The translations under genes were made by a program, and so were the position numbers. Of a stretch of DNA of 45,659 nt, positions 1 through 8,836 are shown in pieces (position 1 is the first letter of the stretch; each line of letters opens with the position of its first letter). The DNA comes from Bdellovibrionota bacterium (GTDB lineage Bacteria; Bdellovibrionota_C; UBA2361; JBIKUX01): the NCBI GenBank assembly GCA_044347345.1, contig JBIKUX010000021.1, forward strand, positions 1-45,659. The letters run 5' to 3'. The notes below the pieces were generated by a model, which saw only the letters and a list, made by a program, of their open reading frames with translations, made no database searches and was not told the origin of the DNA.

Positions 1-23
1 TAACCACGAAAAACCACACGGCT

Positions 24-43
24 CGCTGGGGGTACCCCCAGCG
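24..43. repeat. Perfect 20-bp GC-rich palindrome (possible REP/MITE end or terminator stem)
   Basis: CGCTGGGGGT|ACCCCCAGCG is self-complementary over 20 bp and stands out in an AT-rich context at the window edge. Confidence 0.6.
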
Positions 44-256
44 GTGTTTGCTTCGCAGCTCAGAAAGGAGTTAAAAGATAACAACCGGACTATGCTTCAG
101 ACCGTAGCGAAGAAGGGGGGCTGATCATCACCGCTTCACATGGATGAGGTCCATTTATATCAGAAAGAGTTTGCTCGCTATTTTCCATGGCGAACCAGAC
201 TTGAACTTTTTCTTCCTCAAAAGAAAATTGATATAACGCTGAAGTGAAACCACTGC

Positions 257-292
257 ACGGTAAGGAACTACTAGACGGTAAGGAACTATTAG
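257..292. repeat. 18-bp tandem duplication (2 copies, 1 mismatch)
   Basis: ACGGTAAGGAACTACTAG followed by ACGGTAAGGAACTATTAG. Confidence 0.85.
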
Positions 293-504
293 GCTGTGAG
301 CAATTACGCGATGAGATATTTTGCATAGATGGTAATTGTGCGTATAAGACATCATGATATTAGACGTTCCTGATAGTCAAAACCATAACTCAACTTAATT
401 TTGAAGCATAGAAAAAAATGGAAATATTCAGTAGGGATTTAATTGAAAGAAAAAAAGATTAACCTGTTTCACTTTAATTAGTTTATCCTGCATCATCTGT
501 TGAA

Positions 505-2844
505 ATGGATTCAGCTAGTATACCTTTTTTCTCATTAAGAACTCGCAAAGTACGAGGCCCAGAAGAGTTAACAGTAGAAGAAAAAAATGAACTTGAACGA
601 ATTACTTGGGGAACAGGTGTAGGAGGAATTTTATCTGGTGTGCTTGAAGGTTCTTTGGCTTGGGACAAACGACCTCTAGTCCTCAGAGCTAATGAATTGA
701 GTATTATACGGTTGGTTGATCCATTTTTAGGAACAAATTCAGAAAAGATTGAACAACTCAGACGTAGCTTAGATCTATTAAAGGCTACTGGCGCTCAAGT
801 ATCTATGGGGCTTTTGCCTTTAACAAGACCAACTAGGAAAGGAGCAGCTCATACAATTTCTCAACTTTGGGTTCGTCGTCCGTATTATGCAGAGACAGTA
901 ACTCCAACCACTCTGGCAAAAGAACCTAACGCATTATCCCTTATTCGCGAATTTTTTCGAGCGGTTTTGGCCGAACTAAACAAATTACAAAGGATAGGAG
1001 CCGCTCATGGTCATATCACCTTTGGCAATATTGTGCGGTATAATGGCTCTTTTATACTAGTAGATCACTTACTTGCATCATACTCACCGTCATCTTTTAA
1101 TGAATTAGATGACCTTGCTCCAGAGATACGCAAAAATGGTGAATTACCACAACCAGCAAGCGACTTATTCGGAATAGGAGTGCTTCTTGCGTCAGTCATG
1201 CACTTAGTCCCTAATGAGGAGCGAGTTAGATGGCACAAACTAGCTCACCAATTACTGTACTTATCTCCCGAAAAGCGCCCCTCAATACTGGAGATAGAAA
1301 AAATAATTGTAGGAACTCCAACAAGCAGTGTTAGAATTATTAGTGGTTCATCAAATACACTTCTTCAGGGTACACCTCTTCAGGGTACACTGCTTCAGGG
1401 TAAGATAGTTCCGAAATCATCTCAGGTAGAAGAAACTACTTCCACCGAACACTCTAATAAGGAAAAATTAAAGTCCTACGCCAAGCACGCCAATCTTCAG
1501 CAGTACCTTTTGGGAGCGATTATTGCAATCACCTTATTAATTTTTAGCTGGAGATACTTTACTACAACAAAAGAGATTCCATTAGAAGCTTACTGGAAAA
1601 GTAATGATGTTCCTTTAATGCAAGAAGTAGCAGAAAGAGCGATAAATCATGAAGACCAAGAAGCTATAAATATCATCACATCTTCGGCTATCAGTAACTC
1701 AGCGCCCAAACTAATAAACAGTGCTATAATTCGAGTTGGATGGGACAGTCGCTGGCGAAATAATCTAACTAGCGATGACTTACGTCTCCTGTTGACCGTC
1801 GCTCTTGCCCCACTACTTACAGCTAACAATCGCTCTGTTTACCTTTCAGATTCAGTGCATCCTGGGATTTTATTCGCTTTTCTTGCAACTTCAGATATCA
1901 GTTCAAATGGCGATCACTTTGCCAGATTTTCGCCTAACTATCTCTCCTCACTCCCTCAACCTATTGGGGCTCTCTTTGAGAAATTAGCAAACATTGGCAT
2001 CAATTCTATTGAGAACTCTACTGTACGGGCAGCTAGTCATCTTTTAGTAGGAGATATAAGCGCAGTAACTTGGGATAGTTATTTTGACACTAATGATTCT
2101 GACGCTCTTTCATTAGCCAAGTTAGATGCGCTTACCCCTTTGATTTTTACAGACAAGTCTGTCGGTGAAGTTTTATATAAAATTCTTGAAAGTCGTGATG
2201 GGCCAGGGAGACTGCTCTTAGAGTGGTTCACCCAGCCTACTCTTGCTCAGTGGAAAGAAGTTAGACCTCTAGACCGATTAAAAATTGTACTAGGACAAAT
2301 TCCGCCAAACATCACAAGTTTTGAACAGTTAGTTGATTTACTCACGTTTCCACGCAATACGATTAGAAACCAAGTTGTGCTTCTCCTTAAAAAGGAAAAT
2401 AAGCTACGAGCATCACCAAATCTTATTCCCTTTTTGGCCGATTCTCGTGCTTCAGGATTAACTCGAGCTGAGCTTATATCTCTCCTTGCTGCTATTACCG
2501 GTACAGGAGATTTTTCAGAGTCACTTCTCAACGAATGGTTTAAACAAACTCCTTCGCCATCCTTGGTTCTAAAATTATTAACACTATATCAAGGTGCAGA
2601 AGAAATAGACGCATTTCAATTACAGGCCGCAAAGTATCTGACAAGTAATCGCGAAAAAATCACCCCCACTGATGAAGATTTGACAAAACTATCATTACAT
2701 GTGGAGCCATTAGCTCGAGCACTAGCTTACTCTTTTCTAAATAATGAAAACCCGAGCCATCGGCTAATAATCGAAGAATCTTTAAAACAAGAAAGAGTTC
2801 CTAGATTAAAGAAAGCCCTACAAAATAAAACTGAAAATAGGTAG
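505..2844 (+). CDS. Membrane-anchored protein-kinase-like (pseudokinase) protein with large C-terminal helical domain
   Basis: 779-aa ORF with Hanks-type subdomain remnants in order: HGHITFGNI (VIb), LVDHL (VII), LAPE (VIII), SDLFGIG (IX), PEKRPS (XI). One TM segment (LLGAIIAITLLIFSWRYF) follows, then a Leu-rich helical region. Confidence 0.7.
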   Translation: MDSASIPFFSLRTRKVRGPEELTVEEKNELERITWGTGVGGILSGVLEGSLAWDKRPLVLRANELSIIRLVDPFLGTNSEKIEQLRRSLDLLKATGAQVSMGLLPLTRPTRKGAAHTISQLWVRRPYYAETVTPTTLAKEPNALSLIREFFRAVLAELNKLQRIGAAHGHITFGNIVRYNGSFILVDHLLASYSPSSFNELDDLAPEIRKNGELPQPASDLFGIGVLLASVMHLVPNEERVRWHKLAHQLLYLSPEKRPSILEIEKIIVGTPTSSVRIISGSSNTLLQGTPLQGTLLQGKIVPKSSQVEETTSTEHSNKEKLKSYAKHANLQQYLLGAIIAITLLIFSWRYFTTTKEIPLEAYWKSNDVPLMQEVAERAINHEDQEAINIITSSAISNSAPKLINSAIIRVGWDSRWRNNLTSDDLRLLLTVALAPLLTANNRSVYLSDSVHPGILFAFLATSDISSNGDHFARFSPNYLSSLPQPIGALFEKLANIGINSIENSTVRAASHLLVGDISAVTWDSYFDTNDSDALSLAKLDALTPLIFTDKSVGEVLYKILESRDGPGRLLLEWFTQPTLAQWKEVRPLDRLKIVLGQIPPNITSFEQLVDLLTFPRNTIRNQVVLLLKKENKLRASPNLIPFLADSRASGLTRAELISLLAAITGTGDFSESLLNEWFKQTPSPSLVLKLLTLYQGAEEIDAFQLQAAKYLTSNREKITPTDEDLTKLSLHVEPLARALAYSFLNNENPSHRLIIEESLKQERVPRLKKALQNKTENR
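1356..1400 (+). repeat. 15-bp x3 in-frame tandem repeat
   Basis: TACACTTCTTCAGGG / TACACCTCTTCAGGG / TACACTGCTTCAGGG, encoding TLLQG-TPLQG-TLLQG in the linker between the kinase-like domain and the TM segment. Confidence 0.9.
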
Positions 2845-3132
2845 GTATCCCCATATAGCATTTAGTGCTTAAGCTACATTCTAAAAACTGTTCACTTAGA
2901 ATTATTACAGGTTAACATCAACTCACTCTATATTGATGAGAGGCGCTGTTTAATAAATGCTAGAGCCTTATATCGATTCTTTCCGAGTTTTTCAGTAGAA
3001 AACGGTTTTTCCACAACGGTAGGCACACGGTACTAAATAGAAGCAAAAGCTATAGGTACAAAAATTTTAAGTATGACTGTATATCACCAAAAAATCATTT
3101 CAGCTTAAGTCTAATCTAATGTTTATATCGCA

Positions 3133-3885
3133 TTATTGCTTAAAGGGAATGGTAAATCGCTCTTGTCCGGGACGCCCTCCCCACTTACTTACGTATCGCT
3201 CATCATTTGCAGTGATTTTGGAGCGCAGATCGAAAAGCAGTTGTTTAAACGCCAAAACATCGGAACTATCGCAGTCGATAATACCTTTAATTGTTCCTCT
3301 ATCATAATTTAGGTATAGAGCTGCAAGGCATGTAATTCCACGGGCACCAGCTAGATGAAGGCGATATGCCATATCAGCATCCTCTAGATATGCTGGAATG
3401 AAGCCCTCATCAAACTCTCCAACGACTTCGAAAAATCTCCGGTCAATCATAAAGCAGGACCAACTAACTCCATCTTGTACAGCAGGTTTAAGGCGAGCTG
3501 ATAAAAAAGTACGTGGGTCAGTCCACGATGCAGGGCACCATACTAATGCTTGAGGTTCCTGATGGGCGCACTCTATAAGATTATCGATACATAACGGATG
3601 AAATTGAATATCAAGATTCGAGACGATTATATACTCTGCTTTACGCTCTAAAGCTTGTCGAATTCCGTTATTCCAAGCTCGCGCGAGGATATTTTCATCG
3701 TTATACTCAACCAAGTCAAACTGCTGCCCTATCCACTGGCTATCTTCAGCAGAACGGACAAAATTAACTATCGCTATTCGATCAATCTGGTGAGCTGAGC
3801 AGATTGAATTCATCGTCAATTCAGCAAGTAGTCGGTGTCGTACAGTCTGAAAAAAAGGAACTGTCACTATTGCGATCCGAGCCAC
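3133..3885 (-). CDS. Glycosyltransferase family 2 (GT-A fold)
   Basis: Motifs LARAWNNGI, YIIVSNLDI (DxD-like), CFMIDRRFFEVVGEFDEGF, YLEDADMAYR and C-terminal YVSKWG are typical of WbbL/RfbF-like GT2 enzymes. Confidence 0.85.
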   Translation of the reverse strand: MARIAIVTVPFFQTVRHRLLAELTMNSICSAHQIDRIAIVNFVRSAEDSQWIGQQFDLVEYNDENILARAWNNGIRQALERKAEYIIVSNLDIQFHPLCIDNLIECAHQEPQALVWCPASWTDPRTFLSARLKPAVQDGVSWSCFMIDRRFFEVVGEFDEGFIPAYLEDADMAYRLHLAGARGITCLAALYLNYDRGTIKGIIDCDSSDVLAFKQLLFDLRSKITANDERYVSKWGGRPGQERFTIPFKQ

Positions 3886-3889
3886 TATG

Positions 3890-4627
3890 TTATGCCTCTC
3901 CCTTATTTATCGCTGAAATTCTTTGACGGATCATTTCAATAATTGAAGGAGATACCTGAGCGAAGGGAGCAAATGATATCACTCTTGACATTTCTTCCAC
4001 TGCCTCCGCATGTCGCCCCTCATGCAAAAGTGAGAGTGCACGCACTCCTCTTACATCGAGATTGATAGGCTGAGCCTTCTGAATCTCTACCAGAGCTGCT
4101 GCCAAATATGCATGCTGACCAAGGGTAGTACCGACTGAAACGAGTAACGACACAGAGAGGCTGTGTGTTGGACATAGGGAAACAGCCTGTTGCGCGCAGC
4201 CCCACGCGGAATCATATTCACCGCGTGACACAAAAATCTCCCCAAGAGCATGCCATCCGAAATGGCTCTCAGGAAATTTGGCTACTACGTCTTGTAAAAG
4301 GTTAAATGCCTCATCGCTTCGAGATAAGCCTAGAAGCGCCCTGCCTGCTCCAGCGAGCGATTCTGAGTATAAAGGCTCAGGGAGTCGCTTTCCGGCGCAA
4401 AAATGGTCGTAGGCTACGGCGAAGCTCCGTGCCTCTAATTCTATATACCCAAGTAAGAGATGCGGCCACTCTAATTCGCATGGAGTGGCTAACAGCTCAT
4501 AGCATCGTTGGCGCACATAACTCCACTCACCGTTAAGAGCTTGAGCGTAGAGACGGTCAAACTCAAGCTCAAAAAGTGGTTCATTACCTTCAATTATCAA
4601 GGTGTATGCCACTTTTTTATTCTCCAA
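3890..4627 (-). CDS. Tetratricopeptide-repeat protein
   Basis: TPR-like helices (WPHLLLGYIEL..AYDHF; GWHALGEIFVSRGEYDSAWGCAQQAVSLCP; GRHAEAVEEMSRVISFAP). TTG start; ends 4 bp before the GT2 start. Confidence 0.75.
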   Translation of the reverse strand: MENKKVAYTLIIEGNEPLFELEFDRLYAQALNGEWSYVRQRCYELLATPCELEWPHLLLGYIELEARSFAVAYDHFCAGKRLPEPLYSESLAGAGRALLGLSRSDEAFNLLQDVVAKFPESHFGWHALGEIFVSRGEYDSAWGCAQQAVSLCPTHSLSVSLLVSVGTTLGQHAYLAAALVEIQKAQPINLDVRGVRALSLLHEGRHAEAVEEMSRVISFAPFAQVSPSIIEMIRQRISAINKGEA

Positions 4628-4992
4628 ACTATAAAAACTGCAGATGCCTTTGAAGAAAGGCTTCCATTTTCATGATTAGACGCATTTGTTGGCATCTGGT
4701 GTTCCACCCTTTGGAGGCTCTGTACCGACCAAAGATGTCGGAGTAACAGTAGTAACTCACTAAAAGATGACTATATGCTAACTAAACTCTTATAATGATA
4801 AACAGTCGTAATTCTTACTGCTTGGCCATTACGCGGCCATTGTTTTTACTGGAAAGGCAGAGAAATTTTCGAAAAAACCAACTAGGCCTTGAAACAATAT
4901 TCAAAATTCTTACTTCGAGCAAAAAATAATACATTTCATAGCTAATCCTTAAACACGAACTCTAGAGCCACAACCTGCATCTCATAGATGTT

Positions 4993-5988
4993 ATGGAACA
5001 GATCCAAGGCACGGTTCAACCTATAGCTGGTATAAATAGCGACTCTATAGAATTAGCTCTTACTAGCGAGATGCTCGCTATTTGCGAACCTCTACGCTAC
5101 GCAGTAACTGCTGAACAAAGCACCTTGCGAAAAGGGATACTCGAAAATGCGGTCTTGGCTCTTGATAACTTTATTACCCGCTGGAAATCCAAAAACCCCA
5201 AGATAGACAACAATGTCCTCGAAGCGATTTCGCTCCGACGAGAGGGTATTCATTCCCTTCTGAACATTATGGCTGATGAGCCCAGACTCCCAACCTTAAT
5301 ATACGAACAATTCCTCGCTCTCGAAAATATCCCGAGTCAAATCGCTGCCGCAATCGAACAAAACCGTCTTGAACGGGGGCTTGTACCAACTCGGTATTCA
5401 TTACTCAATCATTTAGCCGAGATCGTATCAGCGCAAAACTATCTCGAGATAGGCTGCTGTAGGAATGACTGCTTTAACGCTATCTCATGCCCACAAAAAG
5501 TTGGAGTGGATCCTATTTCCGGTGGAACCTTAAGAATGACTAGTGATGAATTTTTCCAATTTAATGCTCAAATCTTTGATCTTATATTCATAGACGGATT
5601 ACATGAGTCTTGGCAAGTAGACAAAGATATTGAACATGCACTGCACTGGTCATCGCCACAGGCACTTATCGTACTTCACGATTGCAATCCACTGTTTGAA
5701 GTTAGATCTCTTGTGCCACGCCTCACTGAAACCTGGAACGGCGACGTTTGGAAGAGTTTGGTTCGCATTAGGTCACGGGAGGATCTTGACTGCGCAACGG
5801 GAATGTTTGACCACGGCTGTGCAGTCATCTGCAAACGACCTAACTCTGCCCCGATCAACTCAGTACCAGATAACGCTCTTTCGTGGAGCAATCTTGTTAT
5901 GAATCGCAAATCGTGGATTCGCCCTATGTCGTACAATGAATTGATAACTTGGGTAACCGCATCCTCTTCCAGCCCAATTAACCACTAA
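4993..5988 (+). CDS. Class I SAM-dependent methyltransferase (Methyltransf_24-like) with N-terminal helical extension
   Basis: YLEIG, KVGVDP, MTSDEFF, FDLIFIDGLH, IVLHDCNP and WNGDVWK motifs; about 130 aa of extra N-terminal sequence. Confidence 0.85.
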   Translation: MEQIQGTVQPIAGINSDSIELALTSEMLAICEPLRYAVTAEQSTLRKGILENAVLALDNFITRWKSKNPKIDNNVLEAISLRREGIHSLLNIMADEPRLPTLIYEQFLALENIPSQIAAAIEQNRLERGLVPTRYSLLNHLAEIVSAQNYLEIGCCRNDCFNAISCPQKVGVDPISGGTLRMTSDEFFQFNAQIFDLIFIDGLHESWQVDKDIEHALHWSSPQALIVLHDCNPLFEVRSLVPRLTETWNGDVWKSLVRIRSREDLDCATGMFDHGCAVICKRPNSAPINSVPDNALSWSNLVMNRKSWIRPMSYNELITWVTASSSSPINH

Positions 5989-6366
5989 AAGGAAGTATAT
6001 TATCCTACCTTACTGTGTTGTTAGTTCGATTCTGATGCGCTCTAGACTATTTGGTAGGCATTCACAGAAAAGTGACCGTACTAAACTAAACACACCGATG
6101 ACAATTACCGCACCACTTAGTCGGTTATCTAGTACCCACGTTTACATATTACCAACCTGAATACGGCCTCCCAAAACCTCTAAGTTGTATAATCGAAAAT
6201 TTTTTATCTGAGTAACACAAAAAAATTGTGTAAAAGGTAGTGGGCAGAGCTGTTATAGGTTGAAAGCAACGCTGTTAAAAAGCTTGCAAGCACTTTTGGT
6301 CTAAAAGACAGAAACTTAGTTTAATATCACGAGATATTATCGATATTACACTATCCGCTCTCCATT

Positions 6367-6394
6367 TTAAGAAGGGTAAGGTTACCCTTCTTAA
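6367..6394 (-). terminator. 13-bp perfect hairpin just downstream of the 6401..7636 ORF
   Basis: TTAAGAAGGGTAA-GG-TTACCCTTCTTAA lies 6 nt after the minus-strand stop codon. The U-tract is weak. Confidence 0.55.
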
Positions 6395-6400
6395 CCGTAT

Positions 6401-7636
6401 CTAGGTAGTTGAAGGTACTAAATTAAGAATTGAACCTGATCCAATAAAATGCTTCGATAAGTTTCTCTCTAACCTTTGTCGCCTAATCACGTGAATGCGA
6501 TGGTGCCTATAGACCTCATAAGTAATATGGAACATAAAACTAGCCAAGAGGTTACCAATTGTTAGGCCGACTATTACGTTACCACCTACAGTAGCCGCAA
6601 CCAACCCACCTAGTGCAACACCAGGAAATTCTGCTAATTTGTGGAGAATTAAATGAGCCATAAGGCCGGGTAACGACTCTTTTAATGACCTTAATCTACC
6701 AACAAATGATTCAGGAACACCAACTCTTTGTTCAGTAGTTTTACCTGATTCGGTTCCTCTAGGTTGGCTATTATTTGTACTTTTGTTCATTTGTTTAAGC
6801 CCGAAAGAAAGCCCCCATTGCCCCATAAACACTCCTGCATAAGGTTTATTACCAGAGCTATCTTTGCTAGGGCTTTCCCTTTTTTTCCCAGCTGCGTTAT
6901 CCCAGGCTCTAGCGGCACATCCACAGCTATCAGAAGATAGACCTATAAAAATACCAAGGCCTATCATGCTAATTGTGCTTGCTACAATGCTCCCGATGGA
7001 ATAACTCACCAAAGATCCCGAAAGACCAAAATGTGGAGTTGCCATTTTTTGCAGCATGGCGCCTATCGCTGCACCAAAATACTCAAAAGCTTCGGCTCCT
7101 GCAGCAATTATACTCCCATTGAACAAACCAGGAAGTGTGAATAACCCACGCACCCACTTCGGCTGCGTAACAGTTAGAAAAAAAACACGAGATCCATTAT
7201 TCGCACTGCCCCCAAGATTTACAATAAATGTTGCTTCATTCTTAGCTGTACGAAAGTGAGATAAAACTTGTTTAAATACTAATTTTCCGGTCTTACATTC
7301 TTCCTTTACCTGCTCACTGCAATATTTGACAGTACTAGCCAGACTTTTTGTAAATGAATTATACATTTGCATAAAGTAGTTTCTAATACTTACGCCGCTA
7401 ACAGTCGCTAAACCAGCAACTAAGACGTTCGTCTTCTCCAATGGAGCTCTCCAGGAAATATTATCTGGTACCTCATTTTTACGTTGCACAAAACAACGTA
7501 AAGCCAAATCCTCAGTTGTTGGAGCTTTCTTGATAACGGGGGGCAAAACTATGCATGAAGGAAAGGCATATTGATAGAAAGCATCCGGATCTTGAATGTT
7601 TTGATTATTAGGACTTTTCTCAGACGCTAGACGCAT
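6401..7636 (-). CDS. Hypothetical membrane protein with Gly/Ala-rich hydrophobic segments
   Basis: 411-aa ORF with ATG start and a downstream hairpin. Hydrophobic stretches GSIVASTISMIGLGIFIG and GVALGGLVAATVGGNVIVGLTIGNLLASFMF. No family recognised. Confidence 0.6.
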   Translation of the reverse strand: MRLASEKSPNNQNIQDPDAFYQYAFPSCIVLPPVIKKAPTTEDLALRCFVQRKNEVPDNISWRAPLEKTNVLVAGLATVSGVSIRNYFMQMYNSFTKSLASTVKYCSEQVKEECKTGKLVFKQVLSHFRTAKNEATFIVNLGGSANNGSRVFFLTVTQPKWVRGLFTLPGLFNGSIIAAGAEAFEYFGAAIGAMLQKMATPHFGLSGSLVSYSIGSIVASTISMIGLGIFIGLSSDSCGCAARAWDNAAGKKRESPSKDSSGNKPYAGVFMGQWGLSFGLKQMNKSTNNSQPRGTESGKTTEQRVGVPESFVGRLRSLKESLPGLMAHLILHKLAEFPGVALGGLVAATVGGNVIVGLTIGNLLASFMFHITYEVYRHHRIHVIRRQRLERNLSKHFIGSGSILNLVPSTT

Positions 7637-7660
7637 AATTACTTCACTAAATTAAAATAT

Positions 7661-7708
7661 TCTCTGCATTATTATTGCTGCAATTTAGTTGCAATAATAA
7701 TGCAGAGA
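7661..7708. promoter_or_regulatory. 18-bp perfect inverted repeat upstream of the 6401..7636 ORF
   Basis: TCTCTGCATTATTATTGC (7661-7678), 12-nt spacer, GCAATAATAATGCAGAGA (7691-7708); 24 nt from the ATG. The repeat is seen directly; a regulatory role is inferred. Confidence 0.55.
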
Positions 7709-7940
7709 GAAATTTTTTAAGTAAAGGCGAATCCAGAAAAACCATATTATTTTTTGTGCTTCCTGGGACTTTATTTAACGGGGGGAATACCTCCTCATGA
7801 GCAAATACTAACTATCACCAAAGATATTAATTAGGGAGCAGCTCTTAATTAGACTGAAAAAGAACCAACTTAAGGAGAATTTGGACAATAGCTAAATACC
7901 ATGCATGTAAAAACTGCTAAAAATGGAACTCTAGAATCAG

Positions 7941-8834
7941 TCATCGCAAGGATGAGTAAGAGCTTATTTTTTTAGCAAAGGCCAACAGCTTTAAACGAAT
8001 CGATCTAGCAGACTGCGAGAGATTTTTTTGTAATTTTTGATAACCAATTTTTCCTTCATCGTTCTCTATACAAATAGGAGTAAGACCATAGGAAGTTAAG
8101 TCATAGGGACTCGCTCTCATATCAAGTTGACGAGCTTGGAGAGCTATTAGAAATGCTTCTCTAATAAGCTCACTTCCTATCCAAGGCGCTAACTTATAAG
8201 CCCATTTGTACAGATCCATATTTACATGCAAACAACCTGCTTGCTCATACTCTAGTCGCGTGAAAGAGGACAGTTTAACGGCATTCTTAGGAGCTGCTGC
8301 TGGAGTAAAGAACCGATAAGCATCATAATGTGAACAAACAAGAGAATTTTCTTCTACTACAGTTGCAATATCTTTTTGTGACAGGCGTAAAGGTACGGAA
8401 TGCCTCACTTGGTCAGATTTATAGACCATCGCCCATTCGTGCAGCCCATAACAACCAAAACGAGGTAAACGACTATCTACTTTTTCACATAGCTCAATTA
8501 TCCAGCATGCTTGACGAAAGATACGAGAGGTAATGCGCGAGACATCAAGATACCGAACATTATTGATGGTTTTGTAAAAGCTACAAGCAGTAGCCTGAAA
8601 ATTAGATGAAGCGTCTACTTCAAGAGCAGTATTTAGAGGAGGATGCCAAGCTAAAAGTTGCGCTGGTGAAAATTGGTAATAAGTAAAAAGAAAATCATAT
8701 ACGGGATGCTTATCAGCTCGAGACCGTCTTTCTAAAAAATCATTGACTATGCTCCCTACAACCTCTTTATGTTGTAAAGCACGGCTATTCCACTCTTCAA
8801 ACGATAAAACTGTATCAAATGGTTGCTCAACCAT
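7941..8834 (-). CDS. Conserved hypothetical protein (family often auto-labelled 3-methyladenine DNA glycosylase)
   Basis: Family motifs KHPVYDFLFTYY, FGCYGLHEWAMVY, CSHYDAYRFFT, EQAGCLHVNMDLYKWAYKL, LDMRASPYDL. No Tag/AlkA/Mpg motif is apparent. Confidence 0.7.
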   Translation of the reverse strand: MVEQPFDTVLSFEEWNSRALQHKEVVGSIVNDFLERRSRADKHPVYDFLFTYYQFSPAQLLAWHPPLNTALEVDASSNFQATACSFYKTINNVRYLDVSRITSRIFRQACWIIELCEKVDSRLPRFGCYGLHEWAMVYKSDQVRHSVPLRLSQKDIATVVEENSLVCSHYDAYRFFTPAAAPKNAVKLSSFTRLEYEQAGCLHVNMDLYKWAYKLAPWIGSELIREAFLIALQARQLDMRASPYDLTSYGLTPICIENDEGKIGYQKLQKNLSQSARSIRLKLLAFAKKISSYSSLR

Positions 8835-8836
8835 GC

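Noticed and set aside
90-355. Overlapping short minus-strand ORFs 90..326 (78 aa) and 155..355 (66 aa)
   Set aside because: They are mutually overlapping with no recognisable motif or clear ribosome-binding site. One may be real, but I cannot support either.
3007-3015. TTTTCCACA DnaA-box-like 9-mer (another at 44983-44991)
   Set aside because: Isolated matches are expected by chance in AT-rich DNA. There is no box cluster and no dnaA/dnaN/gidA context, so no oriC call.
4628-4992. Possible small ORFs between the TPR gene and the methyltransferase
   Set aside because: The minus-strand frames I translated give only short peptides without recognisable features; more likely a divergent promoter region.
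5989-6366. Long intergenic region with small palindromes (GCTTGCAAGC, TAATATC-N4-GATATTA) as a possible ncRNA or small ORF
   Set aside because: No tRNA or known riboswitch pattern is recognisable, the open stretch on the minus strand lacks a supported start, and the palindromes are short enough to be chance.
7941-8834. Calling this gene a true 3-methyladenine DNA glycosylase (tag/alkA)
   Set aside because: It lacks recognisable Tag, HhH-GPD or Mpg motifs, so the label is not supported by the sequence.
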